Below, in pieces: positions 38,599-49,377 of a DNA stretch of 64,000 nt. Source of the DNA: a virus. Its lineage: Duplodnaviria; Caudoviricetes. The notes beneath the pieces were generated by a model that made no database searches, was not told the origin of the DNA, and was given only the letters and a program-made list of their open reading frames with translations. The DNA lies in IMG/VR virus record IMGVR_UViG_3300033067_001382, positions 17,596-81,595 of that record; one strand, written 5' to 3'. Both the position numbers and the translations under genes were made by a program. How positions within the stretch are numbered: position 1 is the stretch's first letter; every line of letters begins with the position of its first letter.

Positions 38599-41500
38599 TT
38601 ACACATTTGACGCGCGGATATTGTCGATTTCCGCTTGCAATTGCTGAATTTGCGCGTTGGTGTTTTCGAGGGTTGCCTCTTCGACCGCCAATTGATTTTG
38701 CAAATCGGATCGAGTGTTAGGAGGAGCTTGCGCGAGGTCACGTTGGAGTTGAGTGATGCGAGCCCGGGTCAAGTCACCCTCACGGGAAAGAGAGCGAATC
38801 TCACCTTGCTTAGCGGTGACTTGACTCTGAGCCTCTAAGTTCCGGCCGAAATTACGGAAGTCCCTACCGAGCTGGTCTGAAGCAGAGCTACCTTGTTGAG
38901 CAATGGCGACAGGATCTCCCAAGTTAGCTCGATTAATGGATGAGAACGGCGGGGTGAACTCCCCAAACTGCTCCGGCGGAGGCGAAAAAAGATCCACCGG
39001 AGACTCAAGTGGAGTATCGAGATTGATAGTAGCCGTGCCAGTTCGAAGCTCTTCCTCGAACTGGTGATGTCGGTCATCCAACACTGAGTAAAGATTGGTT
39101 AGGTACCTTTCCACCTGATTACGGATGTCCGAAAAGTAGACCGAATTTGCCACCACCGGGCGACCATTTGGATCCTCACTGACACCTGGAACCTCTCCGG
39201 ATTGTCCGGGTGAGGTTCCGTTGAAAGTCTTCGTCTCGGTCGATGATGGGTTCAGTATCTTGATTTGATAACCAACGTTAATAAACGCGAGATCCGCTCG
39301 GCCGGTCATGCAGGCGCAATCTTGAGAGTCGGTATCCTGGTTGGCAGCCGTCAGCTCCGCTAGAGTCAGCGCCCGAGAGAGCTGACTGGCTTCCACGCTG
39401 AGCGGAAGGCCTTTCTGCTCTGGTGAGCCCAAAGGAGCAGTCTGAACGAACTCGGCTTCCGTGTTGATGAACTCGAATTTACCTTCGGGAGTCTTGATGC
39501 CCGCTGTTTGCCTATCCTCAGGCATCAGGTCGGCGATGGCCACCGCGGGGTTCGGGTAGGCATTGGTAATGGTCGTCAGACCCTGCGATTGAGCCGTCAA
39601 GGTCTCCAGCAGCCCGCCAGCCAAGGCGACCTGCGCATCGATGTTGGTTCGGGTATTGCGACCTGTATCGCTGACCACCAAGGAACCATCCCGAAGAGAG
39701 ATTCCTCGCCCATAACGAAAGTGGCCTATGACTTCAAACCCACGCTCATCCGAAACAGGACGGATCATGCCGCTTGCGTTTCTCACGAAGGTGTCTCTGA
39801 CGGTGGCGCCCTCTTTCGTAACTGTGATGTTGTTCGTCTGAACCAGTAGAATTTGCTGGACAGCCTTCATCTTGTCGTGTGCGTAGACATAGACCCCCGC
39901 GGAAGTCAACCCGTACTTATAGCGGTTCTGGTTATAATTGGTCGAGACATTCGTGTACTTTCCAGAGAGAAAGTCTTTATTTAACTCCTGCTCGTTGGTT
40001 TCTCGATTCTTCTTCTGCTCAGGAGTTTCCTTGACAATCTTAATGTTGACCTTCTCACCACGACTTTTAGCGTTGACGACCTGATCACTGAGAGGACGGG
40101 TGTATACCATCACCGCATTCGGGTATCCGACAAGCCGTCCTGTCTTCGGGTGTCGGAGAATTAACGGCTCATTGGGATTGGGCTTGCCTGCCGGAACATC
40201 AGCAAGTGATGGGATTTGAGCCGCCTCCCCGATGTCGAGATGATAACTCCCCTGTTGAAGAATCTGCGGATCAAGGTTCTTAACATTGCCATTTGGCTTA
40301 GTCAGAGTAAGACCGCCAATCCCGCGAGGCGCAATCCACTTGCATCGACGGGCAGTCAAGTCAAGAGTCGTAGTGGCACGTCCTCCGAATTGGATATTGT
40401 GCGTGATGCCACGTACGTACCAGAACGCATCTTTGGGGGCCACGTAGACGGGGAACCCAAGGCGCAACTCAGGTCGACATGGAATGGTGATGCTGGCAGT
40501 GTGTCGACGACTGTTCTTCCTATCAAGAATGTCCATCCCATGGTAGAACATAAGAGCGGGATCACCCATGAACTCCGAGTTGTACGGCATCGGACGCCAT
40601 CCATACTTGCGAAGTAGGTGGTAATCAGTGACTGAAGTATGAGGAGTGATCTCCTCCCCGAAGCCATAGTCGATGTTGCCTTGATCGTAGCTACCTTGCA
40701 TCTGGATCTGTGTGACGACTTCGGATTCAGAGTCGCTGAACGTCCAGTCGATGATGTCGATGTCCTGAATCCAGGAGATAGGCTTGCTCGGGAGGACGTC
40801 GAGGTTATAGAAGGGCGGCTTGAAGACAATGTCTCCCGTGACGTCCATGAAGAACTCGAATCCAATGGCTTCTTTGCAGGCCATCGCCAACTCAAGCTTG
40901 GTCTGGTATTCGGACTGCCAGAAGTTGATCTGCCCAGCCTGCATGAACTGCGTTCGAAAGGCCGTCACGTTGGCATCAGTGGGGTCGAAAACGCTTTGCC
41001 CATTTGAGGCCCCACCGGCATTTCGAACGGAGCTGGATGCGAATGACCTTACGTCTTTAATGCTGTTGGCATTGCCTTGATAGTATTCGTGGAGAGATGA
41101 ACCACGGACCAAAGTCCCGTTGATTCCGTAGAGGAGTAAGTTGCTGCGGACGCGCGAGAACCTCTCATTCCAGTAGCTCATAATGTCCGTCAATGCAGCC
41201 CCAAAGACTTGCCGCTGACCGGACTCACGGAAGTTGCTTGTCAAACTACCAGCTCCGATGATTACGTCACCGAAGCTCTGCTGAGCTAATGTCCAAATGA
41301 CATCATAAGGATTCTGACCATTGAAAGTATTGCCGTAAATGTTACGACCCGTCTGACCCGGAGGAGCCGTAAAAGCAGCATTGACATTCATCCGGCAGAT
41401 ATCCCACCACTTGAGAATGTCTGCGCAGTGGATCGTCACCGTATGCTCACCGCCACTATAATCATCTGTAACCTCGGTGACGATACCCCAAAAGATGGGA

Positions 41501-41832
41501 TAGTATTGCGGAAGCCCCTCAAGGATGTAGTAACCCTTGGAGAAGATTTCGATCTCCATCATCGGAGTGATGATGGGGTTGCCGTCGAAGAAGAAGTCGT
41601 CTACCGCGTGCCGAGGAATCGACAGGTTGACGCTCGCGCTCCCGGGCACGCTCTCGATACCCAAGCTGACCTGAATCGAGGTGATGTACCTCGACAGGTC
41701 GAACTTCCGCTTGCAGTCCGGGCAACCGATAAGGTCGGTCTCACCGTTGATATAGACCACCGCGTCGGGGGCCGTGACAACAGTTGGGCGGACGTTTTCC
41801 TGGAAGTTACCTTGGAAGGGACTGCGTGCCAT
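38599..41832 (-). CDS. Baseplate hub, gp27/gp44-like (1077 aa)
   Basis: ITSIQV.....PGSASV; IFWG.VT.V; I.C.D.L; EFF.D..GDIVFKPP; I.I..RPELRLG.P; WYV.GI.H...GG..TT.L.L motifs. Confidence 0.8.
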   Translation of the reverse strand: MARSPFQGNFQENVRPTVVTAPDAVVYINGETDLIGCPDCKRKFDLSRYITSIQVSLGIESVPGSASVNLSIPRHAVDDFFFDGNPIITPMMEIEIFSKGYYILEGLPQYYPIFWGIVTEVTDDYSGGEHTVTIHCADILKWWDICRMNVNAAFTAPPGQTGRNIYGNTFNGQNPYDVIWTLAQQSFGDVIIGAGSLTSNFRESGQRQVFGAALTDIMSYWNERFSRVRSNLLLYGINGTLVRGSSLHEYYQGNANSIKDVRSFASSSVRNAGGASNGQSVFDPTDANVTAFRTQFMQAGQINFWQSEYQTKLELAMACKEAIGFEFFMDVTGDIVFKPPFYNLDVLPSKPISWIQDIDIIDWTFSDSESEVVTQIQMQGSYDQGNIDYGFGEEITPHTSVTDYHLLRKYGWRPMPYNSEFMGDPALMFYHGMDILDRKNSRRHTASITIPCRPELRLGFPVYVAPKDAFWYVRGITHNIQFGGRATTTLDLTARRCKWIAPRGIGGLTLTKPNGNVKNLDPQILQQGSYHLDIGEAAQIPSLADVPAGKPNPNEPLILRHPKTGRLVGYPNAVMVYTRPLSDQVVNAKSRGEKVNIKIVKETPEQKKNRETNEQELNKDFLSGKYTNVSTNYNQNRYKYGLTSAGVYVYAHDKMKAVQQILLVQTNNITVTKEGATVRDTFVRNASGMIRPVSDERGFEVIGHFRYGRGISLRDGSLVVSDTGRNTRTNIDAQVALAGGLLETLTAQSQGLTTITNAYPNPAVAIADLMPEDRQTAGIKTPEGKFEFINTEAEFVQTAPLGSPEQKGLPLSVEASQLSRALTLAELTAANQDTDSQDCACMTGRADLAFINVGYQIKILNPSSTETKTFNGTSPGQSGEVPGVSEDPNGRPVVANSVYFSDIRNQVERYLTNLYSVLDDRHHQFEEELRTGTATINLDTPLESPVDLFSPPPEQFGEFTPPFSSINRANLGDPVAIAQQGSSASDQLGRDFRNFGRNLEAQSQVTAKQGEIRSLSREGDLTRARITQLQRDLAQAPPNTRSDLQNQLAVEEATLENTNAQIQQLQAEIDNIRASNV

Positions 41833-41838
41833 GAATCC

Positions 41839-43647
41839 TCATTCATCTGAATTATTGACTGCCGAGCTGATAAGGTTCCCGGCGGCATTGAGGGCCGTGG
41901 GGGCATCCCCGAAGAGCTGGCGAGCTGAGCCATCGAGTTCGGCGTTTCGCGCAGCATTGTCAACCAAGACCGCTTGATTGTTTTTGACTGGAATGCTCTT
42001 GACTTGTTGCTCGTAGTTGGCGGGACGGTCAAGACGGAACCGAGCCCGGATAGTGAAAGAGAACCGGTAGTCAAGCGAGTGTGGCTTCCCATCAGTCTCG
42101 GTGATGGAGAAGTCATCAAAAGATCCAAGGTACATGACACCATCAAAGTAGATATAGACAGAGCCAACCAAAGACAATCTGGACCTTTGCGGATCATTGG
42201 CGTCTTGTCCGATTAGGTAAACTCCCCCATTGTTGCGGTAGAGCAGATAGAGAGAGAGGAAATTCTGGTAGCTCGCGCTGTACTGGCGAGCTGTTCGACT
42301 CAGGCCTGGCATCTCCCACCGCTGCAAGTCTTGCGCGTAGAACCCACCCAAGGTTCCGGAAGCTTCAAGCTTACCTTGGTTGCTCCCCCAATGCTCGACA
42401 ATGGGCCCATTACGAGTCCAATTGCCGTTGCTGACCTTCTTCTCATCCGCGACGCTGAACGACTGCGGGTTAACCAACATGCGTAGCGGCGGGGTGTTCT
42501 TGATGTCCTCTATAGCCTTCTGTGTCGCCCGGATCGTTTGCAACTGAAGTTGTAGGAATTGCTTGCCTTGGTCAGTTGATACATTGTAACCCATCTTTGA
42601 CAATTTGGAATTTTGCCGACTCGCACATTGAGCATTAAGGCTACCAACAAGTTGCCAATCTGGAGTGTTGGACTGGATAGGTTCACGAATAATAGGAGAC
42701 GGTCCTTGCGTGGTCGACCCCATCCGAATCTTTGCGGCATCGAGCTGTGCTTGCACTTTTGAATTGAGAGGCGGAGTTCCAACCTCTCTCTCGATATCAT
42801 CGTAGGTGATATAGCCCTTTTTGTCCTTGTCTAAATGTCGATTGGCCTTATAATTAGTCTCTTGTCGGGCGCCGTTTGGGTAGCCCTTTGCAACCGCATT
42901 TCCGTCATAGATTGATCCATTTTTGTTCAACTTCGCGTAGGCATCTCCGATCTGCTTGGCTTGAATTTGTGCCGCAGTGCTACCGGGTTTGATCCGATTC
43001 TTGAGGTAACGCTCCACCCAAACTAGCTGCTCTTCCTTTGTTAGTTTTCCGTACCCTGCAAAAAACTCTTCCGCCTTCTCTTTTGCCCCTGGGGTGCTGG
43101 CGTTTATCTTATTTGCAGCATAGTACAGACTGAAAGCCGATTCCTTCGATAGCTGATTAAGCCCGATGGCGGATGAAGTATTACTTTTTCGCGATGGGTC
43201 AAACCCACTCTCATACTGAATAACCTTTGCCAACTGATCCGGTTGAACTTTAAGGCGATTGCACATCACCACGAAGCGATCCCAGAAGTCCGTACTGGAT
43301 GTCGCGGTTGCACCATTCGGTAACGATGTCTTGTTGTTGATTCCGTCTGTTCGTGGAGCAGGGTTATCAACATAGACTGTTTCGGTAGCAGCACCTAACG
43401 TTGCCGCCACTGAGGCGGAGCGATCGAGTAGTCGTCCGGCGATCGTCACCGGAGGAGGGATAAGTCCAATGACGAAAATCTTCGGGTTCGGGCGCGCTGG
43501 AGTCAGCGGTAGAAACTCGAACGACGTCGGATCGGGGTTGACCTCCAACGAAGAGAATGCCGAAAGCCGTGCGTAGACCTCCGGCGAATAGTAGTCCGAT
43601 TCTTTTTCGATCTGATCAACGATTGAGGAGGTGTTATCCGGCATCAC
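41839..43647 (-). CDS. Lytic transglycosylase (SLT/lysozyme-like) fused to a tube-initiator (gp48/gp54-like) domain (602 aa)
   Basis: ESGFDP...SAIGLNQ, EQL.WV..Y and N..LD.DK.G.IT motifs; C-terminal L.VNP.S......K...W...G..EHWG...G.F..F.I.E....P....Y.F.F. Confidence 0.75.
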   Translation of the reverse strand: MMPDNTSSIVDQIEKESDYYSPEVYARLSAFSSLEVNPDPTSFEFLPLTPARPNPKIFVIGLIPPPVTIAGRLLDRSASVAATLGAATETVYVDNPAPRTDGINNKTSLPNGATATSSTDFWDRFVVMCNRLKVQPDQLAKVIQYESGFDPSRKSNTSSAIGLNQLSKESAFSLYYAANKINASTPGAKEKAEEFFAGYGKLTKEEQLVWVERYLKNRIKPGSTAAQIQAKQIGDAYAKLNKNGSIYDGNAVAKGYPNGARQETNYKANRHLDKDKKGYITYDDIEREVGTPPLNSKVQAQLDAAKIRMGSTTQGPSPIIREPIQSNTPDWQLVGSLNAQCASRQNSKLSKMGYNVSTDQGKQFLQLQLQTIRATQKAIEDIKNTPPLRMLVNPQSFSVADEKKVSNGNWTRNGPIVEHWGSNQGKLEASGTLGGFYAQDLQRWEMPGLSRTARQYSASYQNFLSLYLLYRNNGGVYLIGQDANDPQRSRLSLVGSVYIYFDGVMYLGSFDDFSITETDGKPHSLDYRFSFTIRARFRLDRPANYEQQVKSIPVKNNQAVLVDNAARNAELDGSARQLFGDAPTALNAAGNLISSAVNNSDE

Positions 43648-44582
43648 TCACTCCTAGTAGGGAGTCCCGGAGAAGTTTCTCCGATAGCCCTTCGGGCCGC
43701 GTCTGCTTCTTGCCCTGCGGTTTTGGCTGCAAGTCTCTCAAAGTAACGAACACTTTCCTCTTTCGTTTGTCCGGCAAGATCCAAGGATTGAGCTGCGGCT
43801 ATATACCTGGCATTAGCCTTTTCTTGCAGATCATTGGCATTACCGACCTGACCAAGCAAGTTACCCTGGCGGTCACTCTCAAACCGGTTGCCGATGCTGT
43901 TCTGAGATTGGAAGTTCGGAGGTCGAGGCTTCCGAGCAAGCTGGTTGGCCGGGATTTGCAGGATGGTCTGTTCGACTTTGAAACTCATATCGAGCTGGAA
44001 AGCAAACGGAGATTCATCTGTCTCTTCCATCTTGAAAGTCGTGAAGTGACCAATGTATGTACCTCGGTCGTACATCAGCATGATCTTACCCTGGAGAACG
44101 ACACTGCCGTAAGGGTCATAGACGCTGCCGTTATTTTCGAATAGATCCTTGAGGCCTAAATAGCGGTCATAAGCAATGGTTCGCTCACGGAGAACACTTG
44201 TAAGACCAGTGTTGATATTCAGGAAGGATCCCGTTGATGCCTGAATGGACATGTCCGACAACTCATCACCCCAGTGCTGCTCGACATGACCCCCTCGTGT
44301 TTGGATGCGTTCCACCTTCTTGCTCAGACTTTCATCCAAAGAGCTAGGGGAAACGTGCATAACGAGCGCGTGAGGAAGCAACACCCTTCGAAAATCGAAG
44401 GGACTCGTTACCTGAAAAGCCACCGGAACCCCCGTCCCTCTTCGAAAGAGGCCGTTGGTATCCGATGACCCCTTGTCAATTCCATGCTGATAATTAGCCG
44501 GAGGGATAACATCCATCGGAGAGGGGGCCGATGGAATGTCTTGTTTCGGAAAGTCTTCGTAGGTAGAACGAATCCTAGGCAT
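43644..44582 (-). CDS. Tail-tube initiator / baseplate centrepiece protein (gp48/gp54-like, 312 aa)
   Basis: V.PSS.....SKK..R.QTRGG.VEQHWG.....I...TG; Y.G.F..F...E....PF.F...M.F; directly follows the tape measure gene. Confidence 0.7.
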   Translation of the reverse strand: MPRIRSTYEDFPKQDIPSAPSPMDVIPPANYQHGIDKGSSDTNGLFRRGTGVPVAFQVTSPFDFRRVLLPHALVMHVSPSSLDESLSKKVERIQTRGGHVEQHWGDELSDMSIQASTGSFLNINTGLTSVLRERTIAYDRYLGLKDLFENNGSVYDPYGSVVLQGKIMLMYDRGTYIGHFTTFKMEETDESPFAFQLDMSFKVEQTILQIPANQLARKPRPPNFQSQNSIGNRFESDRQGNLLGQVGNANDLQEKANARYIAAAQSLDLAGQTKEESVRYFERLAAKTAGQEADAARRAIGETSPGLPTRSE

Positions 44583-47500
44583 TAGGTGTACTTCTCACGC
44601 TTTTTGTACTCCAGAATTAGCTTAGGCACTTCGCGCCGGAGCATCTCCTTCATGCCGTTCGTGTAACTACCGTTGAAGTTGAGTTGGATATTATCTCCAC
44701 CTCCCCCACTCTTGCCTCCACCAGCCGGAACGATCGTTTCCCCCTTGCCAATTGAGGCGAGTCCTTCACCGGCGGCCGGTGAGACCACCGCCATACCGTC
44801 GGAACCGATGCTAGTCACCACCCCACCATCAGCATTCGGCATAAGTCGACTTCGTGCATCCTGGAGTGTACCCGTCGCCGTGAAACCAGACCCGTCCTTA
44901 CCTCCAATCTTCGCCATCATGTCTTGCGGCTTGATGTCCTTATACATGTAGTATTCGAACAACGCTTGACGGACCGCATCAAGAACCGACTTACCCATGT
45001 CGGTCATCGTTTGCGGAGCCAGTGGTACCCCGCTCTGCAAAGAAGTTGCGGTTGTAGCGGTGTTGGTAGCAGTATCCTGAGTTGCACTTGCGGTCGCAAC
45101 GGCGGCCTTGTTAGAAGCCGATCCCGGAGAAGCAGGTGAAGACGGAGCAGCCGACGTCACCGGAGCTGACCCACCTGGGATAGCTGACTGTGGAGCGGCG
45201 GGGGCAGAGGCTTGCATTGGACTAGTTGTGCCTGCCTTATTCGAAGAAGACACCACGGCCTTCCCGTACTCTTCCGGGTCAACGAGGTTAATAAGTTCCT
45301 TCTGGAACTCTCCGATGAATTGCTCATTGGCTCCAGCATTTTGGAGGCTCGATGTCACACCCAAACCCTTATCAAAGGAGTCAATCAGTTTTGTGATCTG
45401 ATCTTTTGACATTCCCTTGGTCTTAGCCAGTTGCTCAATAGTGTCGCGGTCCCCCTTGGTGAGAGACTGATCAACCGCACCTGTAACTCCGCGCATCTGC
45501 TCTTGAAGAGCTTCCTTCTCAGCCTTGTACTTATCGCGATCCTCCTGCTTGGTATCGGAAGCATTTTGCTTTCGATCCAACTCCATGATCTTTTTTGTGG
45601 TCTCACCGTAGCTAAGGAGAGCCTTCTCAAAGTTCTTACCTTGATCACTATCCTTGATCTTGTTCTTGAAGGTGCCCGCATTGCCATTGCTGGAGTTCCA
45701 CATGGCATGAATTCCCGGATCGCGTGACTTCATGATCTCCTTCTGCATTGAGATTTCCTTCTGGCTCTTGCCACCAAGGAAGCTCGGTATAGACTTGGAT
45801 AACCCTTCCCAGATATCAACAAGAATGTTGTAGATGTAGTTGAAGAGAGCATCAAAAATATTCTCCAGCTTGTCCAACATCGAGTGGGTGTTCTCTGATG
45901 TCTTTTCGGCGAAGTCTTTTTGGCGAGACCCTTCAATAAGGGCTTCTGACTCAGTATCGGTCATCGAATTAAGGATTCGATTTGTGCTGGCAGAATCTAC
46001 AGCAGCAGCCATATCTTCAGGCGACGCATTGTCCTTGACTTTGATACCAGACCTCAGAAAGAGTTTGCTGTTCTTCCCATTGATCTTAAGATCTTGCTTC
46101 ATCAACTCTCGTTGAGAGTCAATGCCTGCTTCCATCTTGGCCATGGAACGGAACTCTTCTTGAGAAATACCAGTGACTTGACGGGCTGCGTAGCCCTTGA
46201 TCCCGGTCATATCTTTGAGTTTATCAGCACCTCCGAACCTCTTAAGTTCAGCTTTCTTGATGTCAAAAGAGGCTCCCAAACTGGCATTAGCTGCCGCGAC
46301 ACCGACACCCATTTGTCCGCCAGAGGCAAGTTCGTTCTTGTCCATCTGCATCTCCATTGCAGCTTCACGATACTTGCCTGCACCCTCTACCAAATCGTCA
46401 AGACCTTTCTTAGAACCACCCCGATCAATTTTACCCCCATCAAGCAAAATCTTAGCTTCGTCGACTGACCCGCCAATCTTCTTCGCAATCTCATTGAGCA
46501 TATCCGTCGACTTGTCGGATATGTCCTCCTCCAATACCTTCTTGGAGTAATCGGTTCCGGCCAACATGGTTGCCCGAAGTCGGTCAGCTTCACCCATCTG
46601 CTTGAGACCCTGCGTGGCTGTTTGCAGGTACTTGGCCGCATTCTTGGGACTCATTACTCTACCAAGTGTTTTCAAGGTAGCAGTTACGTCCTCTAATCTA
46701 GTGTGGTATAGAGAGAGGTCAGAGGAAACGCTTCGCATGATTCCAAAAAACTTGTTAGCCGAGATGCCAGACTCCGTCGCGGCTTTGGTCATTCGGGAAA
46801 ATTGAATCTGTGTCGAGGTCAGACTCTGACCTAGTTCAGTCATCATTTCAGATTGGAACTGAGTAATCTGATCCAGGCTTACTCCAAAAAGTCTGGAATA
46901 AGCGATGGACATATGAACTACATCCCCAAAACCCTTGACTTGCTGACTTGAATCGGCCGCAGCATTCGCGGCATTCTTGAAATCTTGTTGGAGGCCCTTA
47001 AGGGAAACACCTTCGGAAGTCAAGGTGTTTAGAACACGTTTATGGTCTTCAGCACTGATCCCCCAGGAATTGTTTGCCTTCCAATCAAACGCATCGTCCC
47101 GAATGTTTCGAAGGGTCTTCCCAAGAGACTTGGATGCCTTCTCGGAGTCACCCATATTGTCATAGAGGATTTCAGCCGTGCTGGCAGTCTCCAACAGATC
47201 CTTGTTGAACTTCTTGGCTTGAGCCTCTACATCCAAAACCAGCTTCACCAACCCAGCGAAAGCAGCACTAGCCAGGGTCAGCAAAGGAGTGAGTTTGCCA
47301 AGACTACCAACGAGCCCACTCATCTTGTTGGCCATCTGCAAGATGCCGCCCGCTGCCCCTCCCGCGGGACCCTTGCCGGCCGCCAGCGAGTCAGTATTCT
47401 TCGAGGCGGCCCAATGAGTAGCCTTCTGCGCAACCGCCTTGAAGGAACCACCGACCATCGACGAGACACCCTTCGCAATACCTCCGAGGTCTTTTGCTCT

Positions 47501-48109
47501 CATAGAGGATAGGACGTCAGTGATGCCGCCTCCGATGTCCTCGCCGGTCTTGGCCCAATCCCACGTTTCTGCGAAGTTCTTGACTCGTTCCTGATTGGAC
47601 TTGTGCTTGGCGAGGGTCTTCGGAACCCCTTGTTCGTGGGTAGCCTTAGTCAGCTCCCGATTGGCGCGCATGACTTCGGCCCTAGCCTTCTTCATGTCCG
47701 CCTGAGCGGTCTTCTGGAGCGCATCCATGTCCGCTCCACTTTTGCCCTGCTTCTCAGCAGCCCGGATGTTCTTCCGATGCGCAGCCGTAACCTTGTTGAG
47801 CTGCTGCGCGGCCTTCTTGGCGGCATCAAAGCGTTTTGCCAATGCACCACCCTGTTCGGCGGCCTTGCGGCTGAACTTACCAGCATCTGAAAGGGCGTCC
47901 CGAAGAGCTTCGGTATCCTGTGTAGACTGCTTGATGGTCTTCTGAAAAGCCTCCAGCTCCTTGCTACCGAAATTCTTCCCGAAATCGAACTTCTTCTTCG
48001 TGAGCGCGGTGATCCCCTTGGACATCTCAGCGACAGCCTTGATGGCATCGTTGTTATCCAATCGAACAGCGAAATCTAGGATTTGCCTATCTGCGCTCTC
48101 TTTACCCAT
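44582..48109 (-). CDS. Tape measure protein (1175 aa)
   Basis: Long Ala/Lys-rich helical ORF after the chaperones; two hydrophobic segments; C-terminal ADGG.V...GEG......ETIVP motif. Confidence 0.8.
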   Translation of the reverse strand: MGKESADRQILDFAVRLDNNDAIKAVAEMSKGITALTKKKFDFGKNFGSKELEAFQKTIKQSTQDTEALRDALSDAGKFSRKAAEQGGALAKRFDAAKKAAQQLNKVTAAHRKNIRAAEKQGKSGADMDALQKTAQADMKKARAEVMRANRELTKATHEQGVPKTLAKHKSNQERVKNFAETWDWAKTGEDIGGGITDVLSSMRAKDLGGIAKGVSSMVGGSFKAVAQKATHWAASKNTDSLAAGKGPAGGAAGGILQMANKMSGLVGSLGKLTPLLTLASAAFAGLVKLVLDVEAQAKKFNKDLLETASTAEILYDNMGDSEKASKSLGKTLRNIRDDAFDWKANNSWGISAEDHKRVLNTLTSEGVSLKGLQQDFKNAANAAADSSQQVKGFGDVVHMSIAYSRLFGVSLDQITQFQSEMMTELGQSLTSTQIQFSRMTKAATESGISANKFFGIMRSVSSDLSLYHTRLEDVTATLKTLGRVMSPKNAAKYLQTATQGLKQMGEADRLRATMLAGTDYSKKVLEEDISDKSTDMLNEIAKKIGGSVDEAKILLDGGKIDRGGSKKGLDDLVEGAGKYREAAMEMQMDKNELASGGQMGVGVAAANASLGASFDIKKAELKRFGGADKLKDMTGIKGYAARQVTGISQEEFRSMAKMEAGIDSQRELMKQDLKINGKNSKLFLRSGIKVKDNASPEDMAAAVDSASTNRILNSMTDTESEALIEGSRQKDFAEKTSENTHSMLDKLENIFDALFNYIYNILVDIWEGLSKSIPSFLGGKSQKEISMQKEIMKSRDPGIHAMWNSSNGNAGTFKNKIKDSDQGKNFEKALLSYGETTKKIMELDRKQNASDTKQEDRDKYKAEKEALQEQMRGVTGAVDQSLTKGDRDTIEQLAKTKGMSKDQITKLIDSFDKGLGVTSSLQNAGANEQFIGEFQKELINLVDPEEYGKAVVSSSNKAGTTSPMQASAPAAPQSAIPGGSAPVTSAAPSSPASPGSASNKAAVATASATQDTATNTATTATSLQSGVPLAPQTMTDMGKSVLDAVRQALFEYYMYKDIKPQDMMAKIGGKDGSGFTATGTLQDARSRLMPNADGGVVTSIGSDGMAVVSPAAGEGLASIGKGETIVPAGGGKSGGGGDNIQLNFNGSYTNGMKEMLRREVPKLILEYKKREKYT

Positions 48110-48112
48110 CTG

Positions 48113-49369
48113 TCATCTCCCGAATGGTCGTCCACGAGGCTTGGGGGGCTCCGCTTCAGGAACCTCAGTGGGATCCCGATCGGTTTTCGTGAACCTCGTC
48201 TTTACTCCCGATTCATAAGATGAGTCTCCGAGGTGGCGTTCATAGAACTCCGCCATACGGGGGTCTTGCATCTCCGGGTAAACCACTCGCGAGGCGACCC
48301 TCTGAGCCTCTTCTTGTCGCTTCCGTTGGAGGTGTATATCAAGCTGATCAGCAGTCATTCCCTCCAACGTGGTAGCGGCCCGAATCATTGACCCGTTGTA
48401 TTCCTTGTCTCGCTCCTCAGCCATCTTATGAAGCTCAGTGCGGCGGTTCTGGTGGAGTTCTCGCTGATAACGTTCGGCCGATTCGACTACCTCATCGTGC
48501 CAGTCCTTCTCACCTCGGAGTCCTCGCTCAAGTTGGTCAGTCAACTGTTCAATTGTCTTGGCGTAGACTCGGGTAACCTTGCCGCCTTTCTCTTCATCAT
48601 CCATATTTTCCCCAAAACGGGCTTTCCGAATGATCCGATCCCGGCGAGCAATTCGAGAATCCTGTTCCTTGCGGCGACGCTCGTTGTCCTGGTTGTAGAT
48701 TTTTTGGATACCCTTGCCGGCCATACAGGAGCCGATGAACTTGGCGTTATCCCAATCCCGTTCCGCTTGCTCCCGAAGGTCGTCATAGTGATTAAGGGCT
48801 CTCCACACTAACTGAGCCCAATTGAGACCTAATTCATTGGTGCCGGGAATTCCGGTTGCGGTTGGACTCATCAAGTCAAGTCCTCGGAGCTGAGCCCAAC
48901 GATAACGACTAGACAGCTCCATCACGTAGGCTTCAGTCAACTGGACTGCCCTCATGGCACGATCGTTGACCTCACTCAGGTAACGAACCATCTTGGACTT
49001 GGCCACCAAAGGGAACTCCGAGAATGTCTTGGCGAGTTGCGGAATGTTTTCCTGACGATTGAGAAGCACATTGTCCCCATCTACCAAGAAGACTCCGTGG
49101 GCCAAGAACGTGTTGTAGAAACGGTCTCGGGTCTCGTACTCGTCCCGAATGCCTGACATAAACTGCAAGAGTGAGAACTCATGCTGATTCAAGCTTTTGA
49201 ACACGAACGAGACCGAGTTGATTTCACCAGAGATAGTCAAGAATCCTCGAAAGAGTAAGTTCTCGACATCCTTGTAAATCTCGGGATTGACCTCTGGAAG
49301 CCCAACCGGAACATCAATCTTGATGTCTTCCTGGGCTTCCGGGGACCCTGAATCGTAGTCCTCGGACAT
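48113..49369 (-). CDS. Tail assembly chaperone-like protein 2 (418 aa)
   Basis: Between chaperone 1 and the tape measure gene; F.FKSL...E pattern; charged coiled-coil C-terminus; own GAGG RBS. Confidence 0.55.
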   Translation of the reverse strand: MSEDYDSGSPEAQEDIKIDVPVGLPEVNPEIYKDVENLLFRGFLTISGEINSVSFVFKSLNQHEFSLLQFMSGIRDEYETRDRFYNTFLAHGVFLVDGDNVLLNRQENIPQLAKTFSEFPLVAKSKMVRYLSEVNDRAMRAVQLTEAYVMELSSRYRWAQLRGLDLMSPTATGIPGTNELGLNWAQLVWRALNHYDDLREQAERDWDNAKFIGSCMAGKGIQKIYNQDNERRRKEQDSRIARRDRIIRKARFGENMDDEEKGGKVTRVYAKTIEQLTDQLERGLRGEKDWHDEVVESAERYQRELHQNRRTELHKMAEERDKEYNGSMIRAATTLEGMTADQLDIHLQRKRQEEAQRVASRVVYPEMQDPRMAEFYERHLGDSSYESGVKTRFTKTDRDPTEVPEAEPPKPRGRPFGR

Positions 49370-49377
49370 TGACTACC

